The translations under genes and the position numbers were made by a program. The notes below the pieces were generated by a model. That model saw only the letters and a program-made list of their open reading frames with translations, was not told where the DNA came from and did not search any database. Positions 15,501-25,134 of a DNA stretch of 64,000 bases are shown one piece after another. This DNA comes from an uncultured Clostridium sp. (GTDB lineage Bacteria; Bacillota; Clostridia; TANB77; CAG-508), in contig CAZDPV010000002.1 in assembly GCA_964507565.1 (NCBI GenBank), positions 24,879 through 88,878 on the forward strand, in the 5' to 3' direction. Positions within the stretch are counted from its first letter, which is position 1. The number at the start of each line of letters is the position of its first letter.

Positions 15501-18500
15501 ATGAAATAGAGTCGAACGAATATTTCATAAAAGAATATAAAAACAATGAGCTTATTGAAACTAAAAACTTTCAAGAAATAGATGAGAGCAACATAGTAAA
15601 AGATGTAATAAAAGAATTTTGGGTAGATGAAGAAGGAGAATACAAGTTTCAGTTAGTAATAAAGATAAGAAACAGAGAATATATACTAGATACACAAGAA
15701 ATTAAAACTGAAAAAGGAAAAGAAATAAAAGGAATTTATCAATATTCGGATTTTAAGTTGATCCAGCCAAATGGGAACTATACAGTATTTTGTGATTTAG
15801 ATTTTACAGTAGAAAGTAAACAATCATGTTCTTTTGGATATACATGGGACGAAAGATTTTCTTTTAATGGAAGCATAGATTTTAACGGACACAAAATTAT
15901 AAAAGATGCGTATGGAAATAATAGAAGTTGGCCTATATTCCCTAGAATAGGAAAAAACGGATATCTAAAAAATATAGTTATGGATGTAAGCCTAAGAAAT
16001 AATGTAGAAGTAAGAGAATTCTATGGATTATTTTATGTAAACTCTGGAACAATAGAAAATCTAGAAGTTAATTTATTAGAAAGTACAAAATATGGAAATA
16101 TACAAACTCATCTAATAGGTTTAACAAACTATGGAACAATAAATAAATTTGTTATAAATTCAAAGGTACCATACTATGGAAATTGTAGAGTAACACTGGG
16201 ATTGTATAACAATTATGGGACAATTAAAAATGGATACTTATATGGCAGTCCAATTGATGTATTTGGAGATATACCAGAAGAAATTGGATATAGATATGCA
16301 GCTGGACTGGTATTACAATCATATGGAAGTGGACAAATATCAAATGTTTATAGTTTAATAAATGTTAATGTGGAAGACCAAACTACTACTGGAAGAGAAA
16401 ATGTATCTAATATAGTAGAACATAATTACGCACACATAGATAATATTTACTCAGTAGGAACCGGAAATACAATTGAAATGTCACATGGACCATCAGTTGC
16501 ATATAATAATGGAAAAATAAATAATAACTATTACTTTGCAGATAAAGTATTTAATAACTCATATAATAATAAAACTACCAAACTTGCATTATTAGATGAA
16601 CAATTTCAAAATCAAATACTAAATAGTGAAGATGCATTTAATATAGATGATCTTATTTCAAGAGGATATTATCCACAAGTTGTTATGCCAGATTGTATGC
16701 CACGACAGGAATATATCAACCTACCTAAAGTAGATGATGCAGACTTACCAGATATAATTTCAACTAACATAATACAACAAGGCTCAGATACGGTAAAAGT
16801 TAGATTTAGTATAAATAATCCATCTGGAGAAAAAATTCAAAACATAAGTGTACAAAACCTACAAGTAAGAATAGAATCACAAAATTATGCAGATGGAAAA
16901 AGTGAAGTAATAGCAACACTACTAGAACCTACAAAGTATGTATCAACATATAATGTTCTAAGTATAACTACAAAAGGTGCATTCAATATACCATATACTA
17001 GAAAATATGCAAGCAATGAAAGAATAATAAATGTGGATTTATATAGGCAGATAAATTCTATATCAGATTGGAACAATATATCAAACCATACAGATGAAAA
17101 CTTTATGCTACTAACAGATTTAGATTTTAAAAATGAAGGAAGTTCTATATCAATAACTAAAACCTATTATGGAAAATTAGAAGGACAGGGTCACACCATT
17201 AAAAATATAAAGTCAAATAGAGGACTTCTTGCAACATTTACTGGACAAATAAATAATTTATTTATTGAAAATTATTATAATGAATCAGCATCAACAGACT
17301 ATACTGGAGTAATAGAATATTTAAATGGCGGAATAGTAAATAATGTACACATTAAAGGATTAGAGATAGACGTAAATCAAAAAAGAATAGGTGGAACAAT
17401 TACGTGTGGAGGCCTTGTTGGATATACTAATAGTGGCTCAGTAATAAAAAACAGCTCAATTGTAGATGCAACTATTATATCAAATGCAAAACTAGATAAT
17501 GCAAGATTTGGCGGATTAGTAGGATTATCAGACCAACTAGTAATAGATAACTGTTTTGCACAAAATGTAGATATTTCAGCTAATAAAAGTATTTATTATG
17601 AAGGAGTAGGAGGACTAATAGGAAGAGGAACTCCTTGTTACATAACTAATTGCTACTCGACAGGTAAAATTTTTTCAGATGGAGATAGATGTGGAGGAAT
17701 TATCGGAAACAGTAATACAAGCGGAACCCTAACAAATTGCTATAGCTTAGTAAATGTAGATAGTTATGGAGAATATATAGGAGGAATTATTGGATATAAT
17801 CTTACACCAACTTCATGCTTATCTATTGGAAATATTTATACTAGACAAGATACAAAAAACATATCTAGAACATCTGGATATCAAATAAGTAAAAAGATAA
17901 ACTATGCTTATGAGAATCAACTAATAAATGGATATATAAATGAAAATGAATTAGATTCAAATGTACTAAGTAGAGACGAAATATTTAAAAAATCCAATTA
18001 TTTAAGTGAGCTTAAATGGGATGATAATTACAATTATGATGGATTATCTAATTATATACTTCCAAAACTATATTACACAGATAAAAAAGAACTACTACCT
18101 AATCAAGAAGATAATACAATTTCAATAGACAGAGAAATAAAAGTAGAAGAGGTTCAAGCAGAGAAAACAGACGTTAATACTGTTGGTGTAAGAGTTGTAG
18201 TAAATAATCCAGGAAACAAACAAATTAAAAATGTAATAATTGATGACATGAATTCAATAATCTCAAAATCAATTTTTGATAATGGAAAAACTTATATAGA
18301 CTTAGTAACAACGCCTAAAAGATATTATGACAGCTATAAAATCTCAAGCATTGTATATGATGACAATGGAGAAGAAAAATCAAAAGAAACAGAAAATAGA
18401 ATTGATGTTAAATTTTATAAAGAAATATATAACTACAATGACTGGCAATCAATAGAAAAAGATACATTTCAAAATTATAAACTTATGAATGACATTGACT

Positions 18501-21500
18501 TTGAAGGAAAAAGTGAAGTAAATTATAATGTTACAATGGCTAGATTCGAAGCGGTAGGTGATAATAAAACATTAAAAAATATTACATTAGCAGAAATTGA
18601 GCAACAATCTGGACTAATAAACAAAATTTCCATAAATTTAGAAAATATAAATTTCGAAAATATTAACATTACATCTACTAAGTCTGGAAATGCAGTAGGA
18701 ATAATTAGAAAAGCAAGTGGAAATGTAACAAACATCAATTTTAAAGACATAACAATAACCGCAAAAAAAGTTTCTTATGTGGGATGCTTTGCTGTGGTAG
18801 ATTCCGTAACGAAAGATGTTGGACTAGAACACATTACATGCTATGGAATACACTACGTTGGTGGATATGCAGGTTCTGTCTCGAATTTAGGAAAAAATAT
18901 AAATGGAAACAACATCACGATTATTTCAACAGGAAATTATGTCGGTGGAATAGTTGGACTAAATGGTAATGGAATAGAGCCAAATCATTATAACATAAAT
19001 ATAAGTAATTCAAATGTTACAGGATATGATGTTGTTGGTGGACTTGCTGGACAATCTCCTAATATAATGGGTGCGAAAGCTACTTTTGTAACAGTAAATG
19101 GACATAGCAATGTTGGAGGAATGTATGGATATATATATGACTCTTGGGATGGATATAGCAATATTGTAACGGATTCAAATATAGCAGGTTCAGGTTCAAA
19201 TATTGGTGGATTAGCAGGACAATCAACAGACTGGTGGGGAGGAATTAGAACTGTTAAAAACAGTACTGTTACGGGTAAAAATTCAGGATCAAACAACGTG
19301 GGAGGAATCTTTGGATACTCAACAGGAGCATGTAATGCTATGAATACAATAGATGTAACTGTTACAACATTAGGAAGCAATGTAGGTGGAATTATAGGAA
19401 ACTGGAATAGATCGAATTCAACATCTGGATACTGGAGTACAGATAATGTAACGCTAACAGGATATTCAAATGTAGGAGGTTTGGTTGGTTATCATAAAGC
19501 AGGAAGAATAAATTATGCATATAGTAATGCAAAAGTAACAGCAACAGGGTATGCAGCAGGAGGAATATCTGGATATTTGGCCAATACTGGAATGACAGCA
19601 ATAACAAATGATACAGCAATAGTACAAGTTTATGTAGCTAAATCTACTGTAATTGCTCCAATAAATGCAGGAGGAATATTTGGAAAAGTTGAAACAGACT
19701 TTTATATGCCAGTATCTTTATATACTAAAATATTTGTAGAAGCCAACGTAAAATCAAATTATGACACGACATCTTCAATGATTGTGGGTTCAGACAAGAC
19801 AATGAATAGTCAATTATCAAAAATATACATCTACCAATACAGCAAGATAAATGAAAATTACATTACAAAATATAACGACAATATAGAAGCAAATAATTTC
19901 TTAAATGAAAGTAATTTAAAGCTAGCAAAAACATATTCTTCAACACTAGGATTTAATACAGGGGTATTTAATACGAATATGTTATCAAGTAATATTTATC
20001 CAACAATAAAATATGGTAGAGATGGAAATACAATGGAGCAAAGAGGAATTTCATTGCCAATGGATCCAGTAGACGTAGTTATAAATTTAGAAGAAATACA
20101 AACAATGGATTTGAAAGAAGATGAATATCCACTTATGGTAGCATCTAATTTCTTAATTAACTTAAATACTGAAAACGACCAAAAAGTGAATAACTTACCA
20201 ACGTATAGTGCATATCCAATAAGTGTAAATGAGTTTAATATAGATTTTAGTAAAATAGACGAAAATGCTTTCTTTGAATGCTATGTAAATGGTAGAAGTG
20301 CTGTAAAACAATATATAAAAAATAAAACATATACATTTAAATATGACTTTAAAACTAATATTGAAATCAATATAGGAAAAGATGATGTGGTAAAAACATT
20401 AACAATTATACCAAGTGATATAAATAAACGAACAAGTTTAAAGGGAGAAAGCATTGCATATATAAATGAAAATAAATTATATGTAAATAATGAGGAAAAA
20501 AGTGAACAATCTGTAAACTTATATGATTCCCAAGCTTTAACGAACAATGGAAAGATATACAACATATTAACTGGTGAGTATACAAATAGCAATGAAAAAA
20601 CAAATACTACAAGCATAGATGAAGAGAGCCAAAACAATAATGTTCAAAACACATTAGCATTAGAAGAAACTAAAGCGTTAGAAAAATACCAATATGATGG
20701 AAATAATATTGAAAGCTTTGGAACGTACAGCATAGTAAATGGCAATAGAAAGTCACAAATTTATATAGTAAAAAACAACAAGTTATCAGTGATAGATAGC
20801 TCATTAGATATCAAAATTTCAAACCAAGTAATTGATTTCTACAATGGAAAAGAATATCAATCAGTACTAAAAAAAGATGGAAAGATAAACAATTTAAAAG
20901 AAAGTCTAAAATATCCTAAAAATTTTAATAATAGTACAATAAAAGAAATAACAATGAATCAAGAAGAAGAAAGAAAAGAAGTAATGGTACTATATGAAAA
21001 CGGAAAGGTCATAGTATTCAATTACATGGATGGAAATGAAAAATACAATAATAATGTGAAAGAAGAAGTAAGTTTATTAGACTTTTTAAAAGAAAATTTG
21101 TTTAATGCAAATATGATATATGAAGACTTATCAGAAGAATATGAACAATGCAAACAAGTACAAGAAAAGCTAGAAGAAACTCCAATAAGTGAGCTAAACA
21201 TAAATTCGAGTTCAAATAATAGTTCATCTAATGCAACATCAAGTGGATCAAACAATAATAAAACAAATAAATACACTACAATGTACAATGCAACAAGCAA
21301 AAAATATGAAGTATATAATGAAAATGAACTATTAACAAGCAAAGAAGAGGTACCAGAATCAGAAACTACTAAGATTGAAAAAACAGAATTATTATCTAAA
21401 TATTATCTAAGTGGAATAAAAGAAAAATCAAATTCTAATAAAAATAATGGTACGGTTTGGATAATATCAACAATAATTGGAATTTTAATAATTCTCATAA

Positions 21501-21562
21501 TATTATACAAAGTAAACAACAGAAAAAGAATAGCAATTAAAAAAAATACAAATAAAAAATAA
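12506..21562 (+). CDS. Giant (3018 aa) cell-surface protein anchored by a TM helix at each end. It has Fn3-like repeats, a jelly-roll/CBM-like module and a long GLUG-type right-handed beta-helix repeat region.
   Basis: N-terminal TM is IPMFLIVSIGLLIILLVALYYIFM. C-terminal TM is WIISTIIGILIILIILY followed by NRKRIAIKK. Fn3-like motifs LMPDSKYSITGEYTY, LDPNKFYVIKIFGDYD, LNSNTKYSIEVETRA. Repeated GLUG-like units (NCYSTGKI...GGIIGNSN..GTLTNCYS, VGGLAGQS, VGGIFGYS, VGGIIGNW, VGGLVGYH, AGGISGY) span about nt 17400-19700. Confidence 0.6.
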   Translation: MNKNEIKDKPKLHKKGKIANLIRSNIPMFLIVSIGLLIILLVALYYIFMHFAPVYVIEKSGYAVKDKLIYQGLQTSNFSSAEKRVSLLEISEEDTLYKKINSYYIGGNSKKAINLNYPIYLEDSAMLNLSKEMNLITNSFEEVGGYPNFTIIDGKMYNEKDLTRADSNEYIFLKNKENLFVNIKEIYIKTSTNEYKIPINSIINFNKEFVSYYKLQDKDNLEYSVIQDIDLSSIITINNESDNYENILKKLKIIQEEKKQDVIVNEIEEPVKNETPKNEITENKEEEKTDDEEKKYIAPEVKCTDFTANVYTAKTNLYISDPSGTIQKAVEFTIYKDGKVYQRAQTLVGGNILISGLMPDSKYSITGEYTYKKESGEKVIKTFYEGTFNTNRLETLETINLEFENGEIFPTKIEIKDLKINNDLYNDEVLYGISKIVLDTGKSKYNLRASQIKELLNGNKITYQTDQNITSNSNIKYKFHIYDKFENELSVSNSEGETITSKRAPTLVLNAKSQNITEVNVGIKVNNKDNVIIENYKYAIYDGEGKEVESQNLKSLPSEIKIRDLDPNKFYVIKIFGDYDLENNQGKTYNVELGEAKFTTLPISSLGYVYIDDNLKDIKSNQTTISIKINTEKTDTRLVEILSQFNIKIKSNKDNKDTQDYNLSNEDLLKIKQGNEFEYIFQNLNSNTKYSIEVETRAKQGASTEKVGVNFEITDFITLKESASVQIKNQFVTGEIIDFDAKIVDKDEAVLNNSVRMELRDEMDKLLSIEDMKTNEEYKRETFNKLSSGKTYKILFYADEYNEGSKDDTYKSNYLLKKIQVVTEEGISGNLRLSELNKKENGKNLIDMASEVKWYVYPNFDTGDWYGKEYNEVTETLSIGGHGNSRRCVYDLTDYSGQTVTMSFKAKRITKNSSTLYIQNARTDKNRTIVSDINETEWKSYSYTIKLDESGYLGFYVQGGDGVQIKELQVELGSKQTPYQKYKYNMRTRLQVNLIDKRNEIESNEYFIKEYKNNELIETKNFQEIDESNIVKDVIKEFWVDEEGEYKFQLVIKIRNREYILDTQEIKTEKGKEIKGIYQYSDFKLIQPNGNYTVFCDLDFTVESKQSCSFGYTWDERFSFNGSIDFNGHKIIKDAYGNNRSWPIFPRIGKNGYLKNIVMDVSLRNNVEVREFYGLFYVNSGTIENLEVNLLESTKYGNIQTHLIGLTNYGTINKFVINSKVPYYGNCRVTLGLYNNYGTIKNGYLYGSPIDVFGDIPEEIGYRYAAGLVLQSYGSGQISNVYSLINVNVEDQTTTGRENVSNIVEHNYAHIDNIYSVGTGNTIEMSHGPSVAYNNGKINNNYYFADKVFNNSYNNKTTKLALLDEQFQNQILNSEDAFNIDDLISRGYYPQVVMPDCMPRQEYINLPKVDDADLPDIISTNIIQQGSDTVKVRFSINNPSGEKIQNISVQNLQVRIESQNYADGKSEVIATLLEPTKYVSTYNVLSITTKGAFNIPYTRKYASNERIINVDLYRQINSISDWNNISNHTDENFMLLTDLDFKNEGSSISITKTYYGKLEGQGHTIKNIKSNRGLLATFTGQINNLFIENYYNESASTDYTGVIEYLNGGIVNNVHIKGLEIDVNQKRIGGTITCGGLVGYTNSGSVIKNSSIVDATIISNAKLDNARFGGLVGLSDQLVIDNCFAQNVDISANKSIYYEGVGGLIGRGTPCYITNCYSTGKIFSDGDRCGGIIGNSNTSGTLTNCYSLVNVDSYGEYIGGIIGYNLTPTSCLSIGNIYTRQDTKNISRTSGYQISKKINYAYENQLINGYINENELDSNVLSRDEIFKKSNYLSELKWDDNYNYDGLSNYILPKLYYTDKKELLPNQEDNTISIDREIKVEEVQAEKTDVNTVGVRVVVNNPGNKQIKNVIIDDMNSIISKSIFDNGKTYIDLVTTPKRYYDSYKISSIVYDDNGEEKSKETENRIDVKFYKEIYNYNDWQSIEKDTFQNYKLMNDIDFEGKSEVNYNVTMARFEAVGDNKTLKNITLAEIEQQSGLINKISINLENINFENINITSTKSGNAVGIIRKASGNVTNINFKDITITAKKVSYVGCFAVVDSVTKDVGLEHITCYGIHYVGGYAGSVSNLGKNINGNNITIISTGNYVGGIVGLNGNGIEPNHYNINISNSNVTGYDVVGGLAGQSPNIMGAKATFVTVNGHSNVGGMYGYIYDSWDGYSNIVTDSNIAGSGSNIGGLAGQSTDWWGGIRTVKNSTVTGKNSGSNNVGGIFGYSTGACNAMNTIDVTVTTLGSNVGGIIGNWNRSNSTSGYWSTDNVTLTGYSNVGGLVGYHKAGRINYAYSNAKVTATGYAAGGISGYLANTGMTAITNDTAIVQVYVAKSTVIAPINAGGIFGKVETDFYMPVSLYTKIFVEANVKSNYDTTSSMIVGSDKTMNSQLSKIYIYQYSKINENYITKYNDNIEANNFLNESNLKLAKTYSSTLGFNTGVFNTNMLSSNIYPTIKYGRDGNTMEQRGISLPMDPVDVVINLEEIQTMDLKEDEYPLMVASNFLINLNTENDQKVNNLPTYSAYPISVNEFNIDFSKIDENAFFECYVNGRSAVKQYIKNKTYTFKYDFKTNIEINIGKDDVVKTLTIIPSDINKRTSLKGESIAYINENKLYVNNEEKSEQSVNLYDSQALTNNGKIYNILTGEYTNSNEKTNTTSIDEESQNNNVQNTLALEETKALEKYQYDGNNIESFGTYSIVNGNRKSQIYIVKNNKLSVIDSSLDIKISNQVIDFYNGKEYQSVLKKDGKINNLKESLKYPKNFNNSTIKEITMNQEEERKEVMVLYENGKVIVFNYMDGNEKYNNNVKEEVSLLDFLKENLFNANMIYEDLSEEYEQCKQVQEKLEETPISELNINSSSNNSSSNATSSGSNNNKTNKYTTMYNATSKKYEVYNENELLTSKEEVPESETTKIEKTELLSKYYLSGIKEKSNSNKNNGTVWIISTIIGILIILIILYKVNNRKRIAIKKNTNKK

Positions 21563-21579
21563 AGAATATATAAAAAACG

Positions 21580-21608
21580 TTGACATAAGCAACAAAAAAA
21601 TGTATAAT
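21580..21608 (+). promoter_or_regulatory. Consensus sigma-A promoter for the thrS T-box leader (TTGACA, 17 nt spacer, TATAAT)
   Basis: ttgaca at 21580-85, a 17-nt spacer, tataat at 21603-08. Confidence 0.6.
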
Positions 21609-21614
21609 AAAAAT

Positions 21615-21860
21615 AGTTTAAGAAAGCTAATGGAAGGAAAAGTAAAGTAAAAGTTACTTATAAGAGAAAATTAGTCGTGGGCTGAAAGCTAATTTAAGCA
21701 AACATACTTGAAAAACTACCTTCAAAAAGTGCTAGTGAGTAAGCTAGACGTTTAAGCTACGTTATAAGCTATAAAAATAAGTGAAAAATCCGGGTGGAAC
21801 CGTACTAAATAAAGTACCCCAGAACATATCTTTTTAGATATGTTCTGTTTTTTATTTTAT
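21615..21860 (+). promoter_or_regulatory. T-box riboswitch leader (Thr specifier) controlling thrS
   Basis: The T-box consensus AAUCCGGGUGGAACCGUAC is at about 21787-21805. The specifier region ...AAAACUACC... contains ACU (Thr) followed by A. An AGAGA-like element is upstream. An intrinsic terminator (agaacatatc...gatatgttct plus T-run) is at 21821-21857. Confidence 0.8.
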
Positions 21861-21898
21861 AAAGACTATCTAGATTTGTAAGAAGAAAGGAAAATATT

Positions 21899-23824
21899 AT
21901 GATTAAAGTAACTTTAAAAGATGGCTCTTGTAGAGAAGCTCAAAATGGAATATCAGTATGTGATTTTGCTAAATCTATTAGTGAAGGATTAGCAAGAATG
22001 GCAACATGTGCAAGGATAGATGGAAAGGTTGTAGATTTAAGAACAAAAATAGAATCTGACTGCAAGCTAGAAGTATTAACTTTTGACTCAGATTTAGATG
22101 GACAAAAAGCTTATTGGCATACAACATCACACATTATGGCTCAAGCAGTTAAACATTTATTTCCAGATACAAAATTCGCAATTGGACCTGCTATTGATGA
22201 TGGAGGTTTTTACTACGATTTCGATACAACAGAAAATTTTACAGAAGATGATAAATTAAAAATAGAAGAAGAAATGAAAAAAATTATTAAGGAAGACTTG
22301 CCAATTGAAAGATTTGAACTACCAAAAGAAGAAGCTTTAAAACTTATGGAAGGGCAACAATATAAACAAGAACTTATAAATGACTTAGCAGATGATGTAA
22401 CTATTTCATTCTATAAACAGGGAGATTTTACAGACCTTTGCGCAGGACCACACTTAATGAGTACAGGAAAAGTTAAAGCAGTTAAATTACTATCTAATTC
22501 AGGAGCATATTGGAGAGGAAATGAGCATAACAAAATGCTACAAAGAATTTATGCAATATCATTCCCTAAACAAAGTGAACTTGATGAATATATGCAAAAA
22601 TTAGAAGATGCTAAAGAAAGAGATCACAGAAAAATAGGAAAAGATTTAAACTTATTTATGACACATAAATTAGTAGGCTCAGGATTTCCAATGTATTTAC
22701 CAGATGGAGCAACTATAAGAAGACTTTTAGAAAGATATATTCAAGATAAGGAAATTGCTTTAGGATATGAACATGTGTATACTCCATCTTTAGCAACTAC
22801 AGAATTATACAAAACAAGTGGACACTGGGACCATTATAAAGATGATATGTTCCCTATTATGAAAATGGACAATGAAGAATTGGTTTTAAGACCAATGAAC
22901 TGTCCTCATCATATGTTAATTTATAAAAACAGTTTACACTCATATAAGGATTTACCAATTAGAATTGGAGAACTAGCACATGATTTTAGATACGAAAATA
23001 GCGGAGCTGTTTGCGGTCTAGAAAGAGTTCGTGAAATGTGTCAAAATGATGCACATTTATTTGTAAGGCCAGACCAAATAAAATCAGAAGTTGGAAATGT
23101 AGTTAAATTGATTTTATCAGTTTACAAAGATTTTGGATTTAAAGATTACAAATTCAGATTATCATTAAGAGACAAAAAAGATAAAGTTAAATATATAGAC
23201 GATGATGAAATGTGGGAAACAGCAGAAAGTCAGCTAAGAGAAATATTAAATGAACTTGGACTAGACTTTTATGAAGCAGAAGGAGAAGCAGCATTCTATG
23301 GACCTAAATTAGATGTACAAATTAAATCTGCTTTAGGACATGATGTAACAGTTTCAACTTGTCAATTAGACTTTGCACTTCCTGAAAGATTTGAATTAAC
23401 ATATATAGGAGAAGATGGAAAAGAGCATAGACCAGTTGTAATTCATAGAGCTATCCTAGGAACACTTGACAGATTTATGGCATTTTTAATAGAAGAAACT
23501 AAGGGAGCATTACCACTATGGCTTGCACCACATCAAGTAAAAATACTTCCAGTTTCTGATAAGCATTTAGAATACGCTCAATTATTGAAAGAAAAAATGG
23601 TTAAAGAGAAAATTCGTGTTACAGTTGATGATAGAAACGAAAAAATAGGATATAAGATACGTGAAGCACAACTTTCAAAAGTACCATATATGCTAATAGT
23701 AGGAGACAAGGAAGCCCAATCTAATACAGTTTCTGTAAGAGATAGAAAGCAAGGAGATTTAGGACAAATGGCTTCAAGTGAGTTTATTGAAAAAATTACA
23801 AAAGAAATTAAAACAATAAATTAA
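21899..23824 (+). CDS. thrS: Threonyl-tRNA synthetase
   Basis: 641 aa with the full architecture (TGS/editing N-terminal region, class II core, anticodon-binding domain). The zinc-ligand motifs MNCPHH, NDAHLF and VVIHRAILG are present, as is motif 2 DFRYE. Confidence 0.95.
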   Translation: MIKVTLKDGSCREAQNGISVCDFAKSISEGLARMATCARIDGKVVDLRTKIESDCKLEVLTFDSDLDGQKAYWHTTSHIMAQAVKHLFPDTKFAIGPAIDDGGFYYDFDTTENFTEDDKLKIEEEMKKIIKEDLPIERFELPKEEALKLMEGQQYKQELINDLADDVTISFYKQGDFTDLCAGPHLMSTGKVKAVKLLSNSGAYWRGNEHNKMLQRIYAISFPKQSELDEYMQKLEDAKERDHRKIGKDLNLFMTHKLVGSGFPMYLPDGATIRRLLERYIQDKEIALGYEHVYTPSLATTELYKTSGHWDHYKDDMFPIMKMDNEELVLRPMNCPHHMLIYKNSLHSYKDLPIRIGELAHDFRYENSGAVCGLERVREMCQNDAHLFVRPDQIKSEVGNVVKLILSVYKDFGFKDYKFRLSLRDKKDKVKYIDDDEMWETAESQLREILNELGLDFYEAEGEAAFYGPKLDVQIKSALGHDVTVSTCQLDFALPERFELTYIGEDGKEHRPVVIHRAILGTLDRFMAFLIEETKGALPLWLAPHQVKILPVSDKHLEYAQLLKEKMVKEKIRVTVDDRNEKIGYKIREAQLSKVPYMLIVGDKEAQSNTVSVRDRKQGDLGQMASSEFIEKITKEIKTIN

Positions 23825-23850
23825 AACTGTAAGACAAAACATATTTATTA

Positions 23851-23890
23851 AAACAGTATTTTTAGAAAATACTGTTTTTTTTTATTTTTT
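23851..23890 (+). terminator. Rho-independent terminator after thrS
   Basis: aaacagtattt...aatactgttt hairpin followed by a T-run. Confidence 0.6.
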
Positions 23891-23931
23891 AATGATATAA
23901 TTTTATAAAATATAGGAAAAGGAATTGTATT

Positions 23932-25134
23932 ATGGAAACAACGGAAATAAATAAATTAGGAAAAGAACTAGAGCTATATAAAACAGTAGATTATATTGGA
24001 AAGGGATTCCCAATAATTTTGCCCAGAGGAGCTAAAATACTAAAAATAATTAAAGATTATGTTGAACAAGAAGAAGAAAAAGAAGGGTATAAAATTGTAC
24101 AAACTCCTAGCGTCTCAAATGCAGAAATATATATAATAGAAGACAGATTTGAAAATGAAAAAGATGAAATGTTTATAATAAAAAATAATGAATCAGATAA
24201 TGATTGCGATGAAAAGTCAACAAACCAAATAGTATTAAGACCATATGTACAACCGTTTCATTGTAGTATTTATAAATCAAAACAATATAGTTATAAAGAA
24301 TTACCAGTAAAGTTTAGTGAAACATCAACAGTATTTAGAAATGAAAGAGATATAAAAGGAATAACTAGAACAAGGCAGATAACTATGTCTGATGCAAGTA
24401 TATATTCTACACCTGAAAAAATAGAAAAAACTATTAGAGAAGCAATTATGATGCAACAAAGATTTATAAAGAAGCTAAATTTAGATGTAGAATATGTAAT
24501 AGAAACATGGAATGATACAAAAAAAGAAGAATATATTGGAAATATTGAAGAATGGGACTTTCTTACAGAAAGTATGAAATCTGCGTTAAATAGCTTAAAT
24601 ATAGAATATAAAGAAAAAGAAAATGCAAAAATGTATGGACCAACAATAAAAATATTATATAATAAAAAATACTTTTCAAGCTTACAAATTGACTTTGAAA
24701 TTACCCATAGATTTAATTTAAAATATATTAGCGAAAATAATGAGGAAAAATTCCCAGTATATATGCACTTAACATTTGTTGGAAGTTATGAAAATATGCT
24801 TGGCATTCTCTTAGAAAAATACAAGGGTACTTTTCCACTGTGGTTATCACCAACGCAAATTATGATAATAGACGAAGGTGAAGAATTTGATGACTATGCT
24901 GATAATCTGAAAAATGAATTTATAAAAAATGGATTAAGAGCAGAAACAGACAATTCAAGTAATAGCAGTCAAAACAAAATAGGAAAAGCGGTAGACTTTA
25001 AAATACCATATATAGTAACTATTGGAAAGAAAGAATTAAACCAAAATACAATAAAAATTCACGGAGTAGATAAACCATACAAAATAGAAGAATTTATAGA
25101 GGAGGTTCTAAATTGCAACAAGATTCAAAAGTAA
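23932..25134 (+). CDS. Truncated ThrRS paralog (class II catalytic core plus anticodon-binding domain only; two of three zinc ligands substituted)
   Basis: It is co-linear with thrS residues from about 250 to the C-terminus (GKGFPIILPRGAKI vs GSGFPMYLPDGATI; LRP...IYK; MYGPTIKILY vs FYGPKLDVQI; FPLWLSP vs LPLWLAP). The zinc Cys (MNCPHH) aligns with Gln (VQPFHC) and the His (DAHLF) with Ser (DASIY). The third His and the motif-2 Arg are retained. Confidence 0.75.
   Translation: METTEINKLGKELELYKTVDYIGKGFPIILPRGAKILKIIKDYVEQEEEKEGYKIVQTPSVSNAEIYIIEDRFENEKDEMFIIKNNESDNDCDEKSTNQIVLRPYVQPFHCSIYKSKQYSYKELPVKFSETSTVFRNERDIKGITRTRQITMSDASIYSTPEKIEKTIREAIMMQQRFIKKLNLDVEYVIETWNDTKKEEYIGNIEEWDFLTESMKSALNSLNIEYKEKENAKMYGPTIKILYNKKYFSSLQIDFEITHRFNLKYISENNEEKFPVYMHLTFVGSYENMLGILLEKYKGTFPLWLSPTQIMIIDEGEEFDDYADNLKNEFIKNGLRAETDNSSNSSQNKIGKAVDFKIPYIVTIGKKELNQNTIKIHGVDKPYKIEEFIEEVLNCNKIQK

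Noticed and set aside
18784-19380. ORFs of 61 aa (+) and 130 aa (-) within the GLUG repeat region of the giant gene
   Set aside because: They lie inside the continuous 3018-aa ORF whose repeats explain the sequence. The minus-strand ORF is the Pro-rich antisense translation of the Gly-rich repeats.
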